Shown here: one piece after another, positions 22,199 through 33,101 of the stretch | How the letters are laid out: every line of letters starts with the position of its first letter | Position numbering within the stretch: the first letter of the stretch is position 1 | Assembly: GCA_963721525.1 (NCBI GenBank) | Contig: CAVRJL010000015.1 | Span: 157,890 to 221,889, forward strand | Source: an uncultured Negativicutes bacterium | GTDB lineage: Bacteria; Bacillota; Negativicutes; JBAXTZ01 | DNA: 64,000 nt | Direction: 5' to 3' | Position numbers and translations under genes: made by a program | The notes under the pieces: generated by a model | Seen by the model: the letters and a program-made list of their open reading frames with translations, nothing else | The model's database searches: none | What the model was told of the DNA's origin: nothing

Positions 22199-24286
22199 TT
22201 ATTTACCATTTACTCCTAATGATGCTTTACGAGATAAGTTTATTCTACCCATTTTATCAATTTCACTAACTTTTACTTTTACTTCATCTCCTACTCTTAT
22301 AACATCTTCAACTTTATTTACTCTTTCATTACTAAGCTGAGATATATGCACAAATCCTTCTTTATAAGGTAAAATTTCTATAAAAGCACCAAATTGCATT
22401 ATACGAGTGACTTTCCCAATATATATTTTACCTACCTCTACTTCAGCAGTTAAAAGCTCTATCATTTTTTTTGCTTTTTCTCCTGCTATTGAGTCAATGG
22501 CAGCTATGAAAATTTTTCCATTGTCTTCAATATCAATTTTTGCTCCTGTCTCCTCGATAATCTTTTTTATAATTTTCCCACCAGGGCCTATAACATCTCG
22601 TATTTTGTTTGGATTAATTGATAATTTTATAATTCTCGGCGCAAAGGGTGATAATTCAGATCTAGGTTTATCAATAATTTCAAGCATTTTTTTCAATATA
22701 TGAATTCGGCCTATTTTTGCTTGTTGCAAAGCATCATGTAATATTTCGTAGTTTAATCCATCTATTTTTACGTCCATTTGTATAGCGGTAATTCCTTTAG
22801 AGGTTCCTGCTAATTTAAAATCCATATCCCCAAGCTTATCTTCTAATCCTTGTATATCTGTGAGTATACTATAATTATCCCCATCTTTAACAAGCCCCAT
22901 AGCTATTCCTGATACAGGCTCTTTTATAGGTACTCCTGCGTCCATTAAAGATAAAGTACTACCACACACACTTCCCATTGAACTGGATCCATTTGATTCC
23001 AAAACTTCTGAAACTAAACGCATTGTATAAGGAAATTCTTCGTCAGTTGGTAACACAGGTAAAAGTGCTCTTTCAGCAAGTGAACCATGTCCTATTTCCC
23101 TTCTTCCCGGACTTCGTTGAGGTTTAACCTCTCCAACGCAATAACCCGGAAAATTATAATGATGCATATACTTTTTCGATCCTTCAATGCCAACCCCATC
23201 TAAAATTTGTTCTTCGCTTAAACAACCTAATGTGATTATTGTCATCACTTGTGTTTGCCCTCTCGTAAAAAGAGCTGAGCCATGAGTTCGTCTAAATAAA
23301 TCTACTTCGCAGCTTATAGGACGAATCTCATTAAGTGTTCTCCCATCCGGGCGTATTTTATCAACAACTATCATTTTACGAACAATATCTTCTACAATTG
23401 CTAATATTATATAAGAAATGTCTTTTTCATTATCAGGATATATTGAAATAAAATATTCTTTAGATTGTTTAACTACTTCAGCAATTGCTTCTTCGCGTTG
23501 AAACTTATCAGTATTTTTAACAGCGATTTTGAGATTATTTCCAACATATTCTATAAGCGCTTCTTCTATTGCCTTAGGTGGAACATACGCCTCCACTTCC
23601 TTTTTCTCTTTTCCTATCGCAGCAACTATTTTTTCTTGAAAAGTTACTATTTTTTTAATTTCTTCATGTGCAAAAATAATTCCATCAAGAATAACTTTTT
23701 CAGGCAATTGATCTGCTTCTCCTTCAACCATAAGTATAGCGTCTTTTGTGCCGGCAATAACCATGTTCATAGGACTATTATCTAATTGTTCTATATTAGG
23801 ATTAATAATATAATTTATACCATCAAACCCTACTTTTACTCCTGCTACAGGTCCGTTAAAAATAATATCAGATATCATTAAAGCAGTTGATGCACCTATT
23901 ATTGCCGCTATTTCAGGACTATTATCAGGATCAACAGATAAAACTGTTGCAATGACTTGAACATCGTTTCTTAATCCAGCTTTGAATAAAGGTCTTAATG
24001 TCCTATCTATTAATCTACTTGTCAATATAGCGGATTCCGGTGGTCGCCCTTCTCGTTTAATAAATCCTCCAGGTATTTTACCAACAGAATAAAGTTTTTC
24101 TTCGTAGTCTACATTAAGTGGGAAAAAATCTATGCCCGCTCTAGGTTCTTTAGATTGAGTGACAGCTACTATTACAGCCGTATCACCATAACGTACAAGA
24201 ACCGAACCATTAGCTTGTTTCGCCATTTTTCCGAACTCAAGAATAAACTCTCTACCAGCAATATTTATTTTAAAAAATCTATGCAT
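22199..24286 (-). CDS. pnp: Polyribonucleotide nucleotidyltransferase (PNPase)
   Basis: 695-aa ORF with two RNase PH-like domains, a KH domain ([23 protein letters not shown]) and an S1 domain ([20 protein letters not shown]). It is downstream of rpsO. Confidence 0.95.
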   Translation of the reverse strand: MHRFFKINIAGREFILEFGKMAKQANGSVLVRYGDTAVIVAVTQSKEPRAGIDFFPLNVDYEEKLYSVGKIPGGFIKREGRPPESAILTSRLIDRTLRPLFKAGLRNDVQVIATVLSVDPDNSPEIAAIIGASTALMISDIIFNGPVAGVKVGFDGINYIINPNIEQLDNSPMNMVIAGTKDAILMVEGEADQLPEKVILDGIIFAHEEIKKIVTFQEKIVAAIGKEKKEVEAYVPPKAIEEALIEYVGNNLKIAVKNTDKFQREEAIAEVVKQSKEYFISIYPDNEKDISYIILAIVEDIVRKMIVVDKIRPDGRTLNEIRPISCEVDLFRRTHGSALFTRGQTQVMTIITLGCLSEEQILDGVGIEGSKKYMHHYNFPGYCVGEVKPQRSPGRREIGHGSLAERALLPVLPTDEEFPYTMRLVSEVLESNGSSSMGSVCGSTLSLMDAGVPIKEPVSGIAMGLVKDGDNYSILTDIQGLEDKLGDMDFKLAGTSKGITAIQMDVKIDGLNYEILHDALQQAKIGRIHILKKMLEIIDKPRSELSPFAPRIIKLSINPNKIRDVIGPGGKIIKKIIEETGAKIDIEDNGKIFIAAIDSIAGEKAKKMIELLTAEVEVGKIYIGKVTRIMQFGAFIEILPYKEGFVHISQLSNERVNKVEDVIRVGDEVKVKVSEIDKMGRINLSRKASLGVNGK

Positions 24287-24371
24287 ATTCCCTCCTATTC
24301 ATTTGAACTTTAGACAAAACAAATATTTTTGATTCCCCAAAAATTCAGACTCGACTATATAATATTTTTAA

Positions 24372-24396
24372 TAAAAAAACGGGGAAAAACCCCCGT
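24372..24396 (-). terminator. Rho-independent terminator/attenuator between rpsO and pnp
   Basis: Minus strand reads ACGGGG-GTTTTT-CCCCGT followed by T7, 6 nt after the rpsO stop. This is the classic rpsO-pnp arrangement. Confidence 0.7.
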
Positions 24397-24401
24397 ATAT
24401 A

Positions 24402-24668
24402 TTACTTTCGAACATTCAGTTTTTCAATAATATTACGATAACGTTCGAGTGAATTAGCTTTTAAATAGTTTAACAACCCTCTACGTTTTCCGACTAGTCT
24501 TAATAATCCTCTGCGAGTATGATGGTCTTTATTGTGTTTTTTTAAATGTTCTGTTAAATAGGATATACGTTCTGTTATTAGCGCAGTTTGTACTTCAGGT
24601 GATCCTGTATCATTTTCACCGCGCGAATATAATTTTATAATTCCCGACTTTCTTTCTTTTGTTAACAT
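24402..24668 (-). CDS. rpsO: 30S ribosomal protein S15
   Basis: 88-aa ORF with [51 protein letters not shown]. Confidence 0.95.
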   Translation of the reverse strand: MLTKERKSGIIKLYSRGENDTGSPEVQTALITERISYLTEHLKKHNKDHHTRRGLLRLVGKRRGLLNYLKANSLERYRNIIEKLNVRK

Positions 24669-24934
24669 AATAATCTCCTCTAACTCAATTTAACGCTCTG
24701 TACAGTAAACTATTGAGGAAATAAATAAACCATACAGGCGTATAATTAATAAGTGTAGCATAAAAAATATAATTAGCAATTATTAGTAAATAGAAAAGCT
24801 TATACAAATAATACTATGTTATTTTTTTACTTTTAATAAATATAATTATAAACATTAAATTTTTATTGGTTTATTAACTTTTTATAAAGTATAATAGAAT
24901 ATGTTTTAAGTATTTAAAGAAAAAGGTTTTATTT

Positions 24935-26029
24935 ATGAAAGTTATACATGAAGAACTAGATATCTTAAGAGGATTTGCTCTTTTAGGACTAATCTTAAGA
25001 AATATAACATATACCTTTAACACAATCAAATTTAATGAAAAACCTATATTTTCTTTTGGCATTAATTTCGTTACAGATGTGACATTTTTTTTTATGTTTT
25101 TAATAGGAATTACAATGTTTTTGTCAAAAGAAAATAATATAGCAGAAATAATTTTAAAAAAAGGTTTAAAATTTCTAATTGCTGGATTTACTTTAAATAG
25201 TTTTAGAGCTTTAATTTTTTATCTCATAGCTAAAAAAACGTATGGAGTAGCTAATTTAATTCCTGTAGGAGGAATAAGCTGTTTTAGTCCTATATTTAAT
25301 GGAGATTTTTATCATTTTTTAGGATTGTTTTTTTTACTTTTCGGCTTAATTCTTTTTTTAAAAATACCTATAAATACTGCTTTTATTACGATTTTAGTCA
25401 GTATTTTTTTAATAAAACCAATTTTTTTAAAGGAAAATGAAATAATTTACTGGATCTATTTTTTGGGCTATTTTTATCCTCTAAAATCGTATACTGGGCA
25501 TATGCTAATTCCAATATTTTTCCCGCTATTAAGCTGGATTTTTTATCCATTAACAGGTTATTTTTTCGGATATCTGATTCAAAAATATGAAAATGATAAA
25601 GAGAAGATGTATCGAATTTTGCTTAAAATAAGTTTTTTTGTATGTATAATACTAACTTATGTATTAATCATAAAACATCCTTTATATAATCCGTTCGGAT
25701 TAGGAAAAAATAATACGCAATATTATCTACAAGATAGTATTGCGTATATCTCGATATCCCCCTATATAATCTTCGTATTAAGTTTAATCTTTTCTATTAA
25801 AGATATTATTATTCCACAAAAAGTAAAAACTTTCCTAATTCACTTAAGTAAAAATATCATTACTTACTATGTGTTGCAATGGATAATAGTTGATTCTTTA
25901 AGATTATTAATCGGGCAATATTTCAACAGTAGTTATATTCTATGGATCATCTACTATTTTTTAACATTAAGTTTAATTGTTATATTTGCAAATATATGTT
26001 TAAAAATTAAAAAAATAATAATAATATAG
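24935..26029 (+). CDS. Integral membrane protein, YeiB/DUF418- or DUF1624-like (tentative)
   Basis: 364-aa multi-pass ORF, the only plus-strand gene in block A. N-terminal ELDILRGFALLGLILRN resembles the DUF418/DUF1624 start. Extremely AT-rich. Confidence 0.5.
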   Translation: MKVIHEELDILRGFALLGLILRNITYTFNTIKFNEKPIFSFGINFVTDVTFFFMFLIGITMFLSKENNIAEIILKKGLKFLIAGFTLNSFRALIFYLIAKKTYGVANLIPVGGISCFSPIFNGDFYHFLGLFFLLFGLILFLKIPINTAFITILVSIFLIKPIFLKENEIIYWIYFLGYFYPLKSYTGHMLIPIFFPLLSWIFYPLTGYFFGYLIQKYENDKEKMYRILLKISFFVCIILTYVLIIKHPLYNPFGLGKNNTQYYLQDSIAYISISPYIIFVLSLIFSIKDIIIPQKVKTFLIHLSKNIITYYVLQWIIVDSLRLLIGQYFNSSYILWIIYYFLTLSLIVIFANICLKIKKIIII

Positions 26030-26035
26030 ATTAAC

Positions 26036-28414
26036 TTACTTTAAACTAATTTTGTCTACAATTGCTAAAGCAACCTTCTCAGGAGACATTGGTAAAGTAT
26101 AGAAATTAATACCGATTGCATCATAAAGAGCATTAGCAATGGCCGAAGGTACAGAAATCATTGGATGCTCTCCGATACCACGAGCGCCAAACGGTCCATC
26201 TGCTTGCGGATATTCTATAATAATGGGTATAATTTCAATAGGAATATCTTTAGATGTTGGAATTTTATTATCTGTAAAAGAAGAATTCAGGAGATTTCCA
26301 TCCTTGCTAAATTTAAAAGATTCCACTAAAGCCGAACCTATTCCTTGTAGTACGCCACCTATTATTTGTCCCTCAACTAATTTTCTATTGATGGCCTGTC
26401 CCACATCAAATGCAGATACTATTTTTATAATCTTGATTTCTCCTGTATCAATATCTACTTCAATTTCTACCCCATGCGCTCCAAACGTCCAATCTAAAGC
26501 TGGAAGACCTTGTCCAGTATCAGGGTTGAGGTAGGTTAATCCTTCAGCCATATAAATACCGTGAGCAATAACTGGTCCCCCAATACCATTCCCATCCTCA
26601 TATACATACCCCATAGCTAAATCTTTATAAGAAATGCGCTTATGAGTATGTTGGATATGAAAAATAGTTCCCATGCCATAATCTAATTCTTCAATTGGAC
26701 AACGCAATATCTGAACAGCAATTTCTTTCATTTGCTTCACCATATTGTGCGCACATCTTTTTACTGCATTCCCACCCATAAATGTATATTTAGACGCAAC
26801 GGTTGACCAATCATAAGGGTGTCTATCAGTATCATTCTCCTGAATTACCTTAACTTTTTCTAACGGAATATCCAAAACTTCAGCAGCAATTTGCGCTATT
26901 GCCGTATTCGAGCCTTGTCCCATATCTACTGCTCCAACCATAACACTGACATTACCGTCCTCATCCATTTGCATAATTGCTGAAGACGAAGTATTAGGAG
27001 GCATGGCAGGGGCTTTTTGCAAACAAGCTATACCTTTACCACGAACTTTACCTGTCTTTATTGCTGCTTGTTGCTTCTCCTTCGAACGATATCCTTCCCA
27101 TTCTATTGCCTTAATTACCGCTTCAATACATTTAGCAGGCTTACCTGAATTTTCAGTAATATGCTCCCCGCTAATAGTAATCGAGTTGGCGCGCAAAATA
27201 TTTTTCATACGGAACTCGTAAGGATCCATGCTAAGCTTTTGTGCAACTAAATCCATCTGACGCTCGATAATCCAATGTGTTTCCAAATGGCCGAACCCAC
27301 GATAAGCTGTACTAAAAACTTTATTAGTATATAACGTGCGAGAATGCAATTCAATATTGGAAATATCATAAGGCCCTGCTCCTGAATAAATAGCAGCTCT
27401 ACCAACATTTACCCCATAATCAGCATAGGCTCCACTATCCCAATCATAATAAATTTCCATAGCTATAATTTTACCGTCGTTAGTGACTCCTGTTTTAATG
27501 CGACCACGCATACCAGCACGACAAGGTAATTGATTGAATTCTTCTTCACGCGTAGCGGTTAATTTAACAGGGCGTCCTTTACAAGCTTTTGAAAGAATAG
27601 CTACTAATGGTTCAAGATGGATACCTGCTTTACCACCAAACCCACCTCCTACATAAGGTACAATTATTTGAATCTCTTGCCTAGAAATTCCTAATGCCTT
27701 AGCTAAAAGCTGTCTTACGCCAAAGGGAGATTGTGTCGAAGACCAGACTTTTAATTGATTAGAATATGGGTTAGCTTGAGCAATCGCTACATGAGTTTCT
27801 ATCGGTACATGCCCCACTGGTGGTAAACTCAGCTCATTTTTTACAATCAAATTTGCTGCGATAAATCCTTTTTGTATATTCCCCTTTATAGTTTTATTCC
27901 AGCTTGCAATATTAGAATCATTCTGAGGGAAAAATACTCCTTTAATATACTCTAATTCATTAATATCTTCATGAACTAATATTTTCCCCTCTAAAGCCTC
28001 ATCAATTGTTTTTACGCTGGGTAACTTATTGTATTTAACCTTTATAAGAGCAAGTGCGCGTTCGGCAGTTTCTTCATTAACAGCTGCTACGGCTACAACC
28101 GGCTCGCCTTGGTATCTCACTTTTTCTCTCGCTAAGATTCGTTTATCTACCATATATAATCCAAGTAAATATGGAATATCTTTGCCTGTAAGAATAACCT
28201 TTACTCCTGCTAATTTTTTTGCAGCACTTATGTCTATAGATACAATTTCCGCTCTGGCATGTGGAGAATGCAAGCATTTTGCATAAAGCATTCCAGGTAA
28301 TTCCATGTCAAAAGTATAAACTGCTCTTCCTGTTACTTTTTCACAAGCATCTATTCTCAAGGGAGATTTTCCAATATATCGATATTGTTTTTCAGCCATT
28401 TCCCCTTGCCTCAC
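26036..28414 (-). CDS. Xanthine dehydrogenase/aldehyde oxidase family molybdopterin-binding large subunit
   Basis: 792-aa ORF with an a/b-hammerhead N-terminus (RIDACEKVTGRAVY), YVGGGFGGKAG and a C-terminal FGARGIGEHPM (catalytic Glu context). The start is either the GTG at 28414 or the ATG at 28399. Confidence 0.88.
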   Translation of the reverse strand: MRQGEMAEKQYRYIGKSPLRIDACEKVTGRAVYTFDMELPGMLYAKCLHSPHARAEIVSIDISAAKKLAGVKVILTGKDIPYLLGLYMVDKRILAREKVRYQGEPVVAVAAVNEETAERALALIKVKYNKLPSVKTIDEALEGKILVHEDINELEYIKGVFFPQNDSNIASWNKTIKGNIQKGFIAANLIVKNELSLPPVGHVPIETHVAIAQANPYSNQLKVWSSTQSPFGVRQLLAKALGISRQEIQIIVPYVGGGFGGKAGIHLEPLVAILSKACKGRPVKLTATREEEFNQLPCRAGMRGRIKTGVTNDGKIIAMEIYYDWDSGAYADYGVNVGRAAIYSGAGPYDISNIELHSRTLYTNKVFSTAYRGFGHLETHWIIERQMDLVAQKLSMDPYEFRMKNILRANSITISGEHITENSGKPAKCIEAVIKAIEWEGYRSKEKQQAAIKTGKVRGKGIACLQKAPAMPPNTSSSAIMQMDEDGNVSVMVGAVDMGQGSNTAIAQIAAEVLDIPLEKVKVIQENDTDRHPYDWSTVASKYTFMGGNAVKRCAHNMVKQMKEIAVQILRCPIEELDYGMGTIFHIQHTHKRISYKDLAMGYVYEDGNGIGGPVIAHGIYMAEGLTYLNPDTGQGLPALDWTFGAHGVEIEVDIDTGEIKIIKIVSAFDVGQAINRKLVEGQIIGGVLQGIGSALVESFKFSKDGNLLNSSFTDNKIPTSKDIPIEIIPIIIEYPQADGPFGARGIGEHPMISVPSAIANALYDAIGINFYTLPMSPEKVALAIVDKISLK

Positions 28415-28934
28415 TTTCCAGTTTAGCCGCTGCTAATATAGCTTTAATAATTGGGGTATATCCCGTGCATCTGCAAAAATTACCGGCAATCGCCTCTTTT
28501 ATTTCCTCAATAGTTGGATTTTGATTTCGATCCAATAAAGACCGTGCTGACATTAACATTCCCGGAGTACAAAAACCACATTGCAAAGCATCATAATTTA
28601 TAAACGCTTGTTGTAAAATTGAAAGCTTTCCATCTTTGCTTAAACCTTCTACTGTAATAATTTTTGCCTTTTCAGCCTCAACCGCTAAAACCATACACGA
28701 ATTTACCGTTTTACCATTCATACTAACAGTACAAGCTCCACATTCTCCTTCTCCGCAACCTTCTTTAGTCCCAAAAAGTTTCAGCGTATTACGTAAAAAA
28801 CTCAACAAAGTCATTGTCGGGTCAATCATTGCTTCCACCTGTTCACCATTTACAGAACAACTAAGTTTAACGCGTGGAAAACTAGAATCAATATATATAA
28901 AACAATTCTGTTTATCAGTATAATTTTCGCACAT
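28392..28934 (-). CDS. (2Fe-2S)-binding small subunit of the XDH-family enzyme
   Basis: GCGEGECGACTV and QCGFCTPGM cluster motifs. The ATG at 28934 is preferred because a GAGG Shine-Dalgarno lies 8 nt upstream and it sits just after the FAD-subunit stop. The track ORF extends to 28973. Confidence 0.88.
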   Translation of the reverse strand: MCENYTDKQNCFIYIDSSFPRVKLSCSVNGEQVEAMIDPTMTLLSFLRNTLKLFGTKEGCGEGECGACTVSMNGKTVNSCMVLAVEAEKAKIITVEGLSKDGKLSILQQAFINYDALQCGFCTPGMLMSARSLLDRNQNPTIEEIKEAIAGNFCRCTGYTPIIKAILAAAKLESEARGNG

Positions 28935-28944
28935 TTTAGAGACC

Positions 28945-29790
28945 TCACATATCCAATAACTTAGAGATGCCACGCTTTACCAATATTCCTGCAATATGAA
29001 GTCGATATTGAACACAGGAGCGCACATCAGAAATAGGATTGATTTGTTTACGTACTTCATCGCATGCTAAATTAGCAAGTTCATGTGTTAATGGCTGAGA
29101 ACTAAGGAATTTTTCCAATTTAGTAAGACGTATTGGAGTCGGAGCTATTGCTGCCATAGCTATTAAGAAGAATTTTTTTGATACAAATCTTATCGCTACT
29201 CCAACAATCGTTAAATCATGTCCTTTTATTCGTGATTGCTTAGAATATACGCTATTATCATCAATATCTACATCAGGTAACGATATGCCAATCACTAGTT
29301 CTCCAGGCAGGAGAACTGTTTTTTTTACACCAATAAAAAAATCTTTAATATTCACAATACGTTTGCATTGATAACCAGCAATATGTATTTTTGCTTCGTA
29401 TATTAAAAGTGCAGGAGCCAAATCAGCTCCAGGAGATGCATTACATATATTTCCTACTACAGTAGCACGGTTACGTAACTGGTAAGATGCTAATAAATTC
29501 GCTGCCTGTATTAAAGAGCTGTACTTGTTTTGAATAAAAACGGATTGAGCTACCTGATTAACAGTAACTGCAGCCCCAATAAACAAGCCTTCTGATGGTT
29601 TATATTCTAATAATTGAGCTTCAGGTATTGATTTAATATCTAAAATATGATTAGGAGTTTCTAGATTATGGCGTAATCTTACCATTAAATCAGTACCCCC
29701 AGCAAGAATTTTAGTACCATTATTTTTCTTTAAATAAATTAAAGCTTCTTCAAGATAATACGGTCTTATATAGTTGAACTTACTTAACAC
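28945..29790 (-). CDS. FAD-binding subunit of the XDH-family enzyme (CoxM/XdhB-like)
   Basis: FNYIRPYYLEEALIYL...ILAGGTDLMVRL is the FAD_binding_5 pattern. The GTG at 29790 is preceded by GGGAGGG. The track ORF starts at a TTG at 29808. Confidence 0.85.
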   Translation of the reverse strand: MLSKFNYIRPYYLEEALIYLKKNNGTKILAGGTDLMVRLRHNLETPNHILDIKSIPEAQLLEYKPSEGLFIGAAVTVNQVAQSVFIQNKYSSLIQAANLLASYQLRNRATVVGNICNASPGADLAPALLIYEAKIHIAGYQCKRIVNIKDFFIGVKKTVLLPGELVIGISLPDVDIDDNSVYSKQSRIKGHDLTIVGVAIRFVSKKFFLIAMAAIAPTPIRLTKLEKFLSSQPLTHELANLACDEVRKQINPISDVRSCVQYRLHIAGILVKRGISKLLDM

Positions 29791-29892
29791 AGTGCCTATC
29801 CCTCCCAACCTTTTTGCCGTAAGGCAATGATGTATAAATACCCTATTTGCTTAATTAAAATTTTTAAAGCCTAATGAGAGATAATTTCGTTT

Positions 29893-30792
29893 TTATTTAC
29901 ACTTACTTTTAATAATAATTTTACTATGTTCAAAAGGACATTTTCCAGGTCTCAGGATACCACTGACAGCTTGAAGATTTCGGTCTTCTACATGGTCAAA
30001 AAGCATAGGGGATTTAGAGCCATATGTAATATATTTCAACGGTTCGGCAGACAATTTTGCTGAAACTATTTCTTCAGTTCCTCTAGCTTGAGCTAAACGT
30101 TGTGCGATTGGACTTACTATCATACTATGCCCCGCAAAATAATTATTACTTGCATCAGGACCCACTGCATTAGTTGCTATAACATACACGTGATTATCGT
30201 AGGCTCGAGCACGACATGTTAGTTCCCAAATATCAAAGCTTCGCATAAAAGCCGAAGGACGAGTAATTATTTCTGCTCCTTTAAGAGTAAGCTTTCTAAC
30301 AAGCTCTGGAAAATCTCCATCATAACAAATTATCATACCGATTTTACCTAGGGCAGTATCAAACACCGGCGTTTCTATTCCAGGAGTTGTCCAACCTCCA
30401 CCTTCAATTCCTTCTGTAGAAAAAGGATGAGTTTTTCGATAAACACCAATAATTTTACCGTCAGGCCCTATTAATACTGAGGAATTATATATTATGGGAC
30501 TTGTATCTCCTTTTTCGTACATTGGCCAAACTACATGAACTTCTAATTGACGTGCAACTTTGCCTACTTTACGAGTAATATCTCCTGGAATGACATCAGC
30601 TAATTGCTCATATATATTCTCTACGGGAATATTAGGGCTAAATCCAGTAGTCACATTCTCTGGGAAAACTACTAATTCCGCTCCATGTTCGCTAACTGCT
30701 CTGTTAAGCCATTCAAGTGCTTTAGCAGTATTATACTGTACATCATTCGGCTTAACTGCAATTTGCACAGAGCAAGCTACAAAATCTTTCAC
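29893..30792 (-). CDS. Carbon-nitrogen hydrolase (nitrilase superfamily; N-carbamoyl-amidase-like)
   Basis: 299-aa ORF with Glu-Lys-Cys triad contexts: VVFPENV, VYRKTHPF, MIICYDGDFPE. Confidence 0.85.
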   Translation of the reverse strand: MKDFVACSVQIAVKPNDVQYNTAKALEWLNRAVSEHGAELVVFPENVTTGFSPNIPVENIYEQLADVIPGDITRKVGKVARQLEVHVVWPMYEKGDTSPIIYNSSVLIGPDGKIIGVYRKTHPFSTEGIEGGGWTTPGIETPVFDTALGKIGMIICYDGDFPELVRKLTLKGAEIITRPSAFMRSFDIWELTCRARAYDNHVYVIATNAVGPDASNNYFAGHSMIVSPIAQRLAQARGTEEIVSAKLSAEPLKYITYGSKSPMLFDHVEDRNLQAVSGILRPGKCPFEHSKIIIKSKCK

Positions 30793-30875
30793 TATTTATT
30801 GTCTCCTTATTTCATAATAGAAATATTAACAAAGAAATACCGTATGTTTTTATTATATTTCGTTCTAAAGTTAAA

Positions 30876-31661
30876 TTATTCTTCATCATAAGCTACTATA
30901 CGGCAAATAGAAGATTCACCCCCTTCAAATCGCCAAGGATAGCATCCTATAATTAAATGTTTATTAAGAATTTGAGTAATTTCACCGCCGATGTTTTCAG
31001 CATGAATAATGTCATGTGGAAAAAGATCTATATGCATTAACTGATAATGATCATTAGGAAAGATATCAGAAATACTCTTATTATATTTTGCTTGAAAATA
31101 TGATTCGCACTCAACAGCCTGTTTCGGACACCAATCTCGAATTTTAGTATTCATAGGATGATCTGCAGATCCACAATCTACTCCAATCAATTTTATTTCC
31201 ATATCACGGCACCATTTAGCAAATTCACGAGTAGGACCAGGATGTTTAACCATATAACGAACCTCGTCAGCTCCTGGTTGATCCCAAGCATATTTAGAAT
31301 ATCCTGTATGAATAATCAATATGTCTCCTTTATGGACTTCTACACGGTCCGTAATATCTTTCGATGTATATATACCATAATCTTCAGCTATATCGCTCAA
31401 ATCAACTACAACCCCGAGACCTATAAGGTCTGAAAGAGGTATACTGGCAATATCACGACCATGAGTACAAAAATGTAAAGATCCATCTAAATGAGTACCT
31501 ACATGGTTAGAAGTTGTAATCAATTGACCATTAGCTCCATTAGAACTAAGCCTCTTAAAAAATTTAATTTGTAAAGGCTCATAAGTAGGCCATGGCGGAG
31601 TAAGATGACTTAATTTCTGTGTAAGATCATACATTTTTACTTTGTTCCAATTTTTTACCAT
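30876..31661 (-). CDS. Cyclase-family metal-dependent hydrolase (kynurenine formamidase/isatin hydrolase-like)
   Basis: 261-aa ORF whose NHVGTHLDGSLHF matches the HxGTHxDxPxH-type cyclase-family motif. Confidence 0.8.
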   Translation of the reverse strand: MVKNWNKVKMYDLTQKLSHLTPPWPTYEPLQIKFFKRLSSNGANGQLITTSNHVGTHLDGSLHFCTHGRDIASIPLSDLIGLGVVVDLSDIAEDYGIYTSKDITDRVEVHKGDILIIHTGYSKYAWDQPGADEVRYMVKHPGPTREFAKWCRDMEIKLIGVDCGSADHPMNTKIRDWCPKQAVECESYFQAKYNKSISDIFPNDHYQLMHIDLFPHDIIHAENIGGEITQILNKHLIIGCYPWRFEGGESSICRIVAYDEE

Positions 31662-31685
31662 TTCATTAGCTCCTTATTTGATAAT

Positions 31686-33101
31686 CTATTTAATACGCTT
31701 TGCTAAAGCTAAAAGCGCTTTTTCAAAACATTCGGCAGGGGGATTTACTATGCCAGCTCCTACTTGTCCAATTCCAGAATCTTTATGAGCCATACCAGTA
31801 TTGATAACTGGCAAAATCCCACTAGCAATAACTTTACGTACGTCAATACCTGTCGATGCACCACGAAAATTTAAATTAGGATTAGCATAATTTTGATTTT
31901 CTCCTAAAGTAATTTCAGCCATTCTTTCCGAATAAGCTAAGGCATCGTCCACAGAGCCCCCAACAAATTGTACAATAGCCGGAGCTCCGCCCATGGCAAA
32001 ACCACCAATACCTAAAGTTTCAGTGATAGCGCTATCTCCAATATCTGGATTAGCATCTTTTATTGTATAACCGGGAAACATAAGTCCTTGAATCATTTGT
32101 GCTGGTCCAGTGAACCACGTATTACCCGGACAACCACTTACACGAATACCAAATTCCACTCCATTTCGACACATAGTAGTCACAACAGTGCTATTTTCAA
32201 TACCATGCGCAGCATCTAATGCCGATTTGCAAGCAGGCATAGATAAATTCAAGAAAAAATGGTCATTAGAATTGATAAATTCAACAACCCGAATAATGGC
32301 TTGCAAATCAGCATTGACTCGTAATAGAGAAGGCGTAATACTCCTAACAAACAGGCTTGTTCCTGCTTTATTGCGATTATGACACTCATCCCCCATTTGT
32401 ACTGCTTGAGCAATAAGACTACGTATATCAATTCCTCCGGATAGTTTAATAGCTTCTTTTACAATCGGACCGAACTCAGTTTCAATCCATTTTAGTTTAT
32501 TAATAACTTCTTGATCATAAGCACCAAAACGTAATACTTTTCCAAGCCCTTCGTTAAATGAACAATATGCGAAGTTACCGTGGGTTTTATTCTCAATTAC
32601 CTGTACCGGCATTGATGCTGACAAAATACCTGCCATTGGACCTACTGCATTATGTTCATGGCAAGGAGAAAATTTTATTTTTCCCGAAGCAGCTAAATTG
32701 CTAGCCTCATTTTCATTATTAGCCAACCCTTCATAAATAAGCGCACCAACAATAGCTCCCTTCATAGGTCCAGCCATTTTTCTCCAACTAATTGGAGGAC
32801 CAGCGTGTAAAATGGTATATTTAGTCATTCCAGGGATAATATTAATAGCTGTGTCTATATCTACTAAAAATGGATGAGCCTTTATAATAACATCTACAGC
32901 TTTGGCATTAGCAACATTAATTTTATCAATATTATTTAATTTATCCAATACTTTAATAAGTTCGGGATTTCCTCCGGCAGGCGGCTTCCAATCTAACTGG
33001 ATAGCATTTATTCCTTGCAATTTAAGTTCTGCTGTAAAAGTTTCAGCACCAATATTTAAAACCGTAATTTCATTTTTAAATAAATTATCTATTGTATTCA
33101 T
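31686..33101 (-). CDS. DUF1116 family protein (YlbE-like)
   Basis: 471-aa ORF. A 4-nt ATGA overlap with the upstream FdrA gene, and the position between FdrA and the rest of the cluster, mirror E. coli fdrA-ylbE-ylbF. Confidence 0.7.
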   Translation of the reverse strand: MNTIDNLFKNEITVLNIGAETFTAELKLQGINAIQLDWKPPAGGNPELIKVLDKLNNIDKINVANAKAVDVIIKAHPFLVDIDTAINIIPGMTKYTILHAGPPISWRKMAGPMKGAIVGALIYEGLANNENEASNLAASGKIKFSPCHEHNAVGPMAGILSASMPVQVIENKTHGNFAYCSFNEGLGKVLRFGAYDQEVINKLKWIETEFGPIVKEAIKLSGGIDIRSLIAQAVQMGDECHNRNKAGTSLFVRSITPSLLRVNADLQAIIRVVEFINSNDHFFLNLSMPACKSALDAAHGIENSTVVTTMCRNGVEFGIRVSGCPGNTWFTGPAQMIQGLMFPGYTIKDANPDIGDSAITETLGIGGFAMGGAPAIVQFVGGSVDDALAYSERMAEITLGENQNYANPNLNFRGASTGIDVRKVIASGILPVINTGMAHKDSGIGQVGAGIVNPPAECFEKALLALAKRIK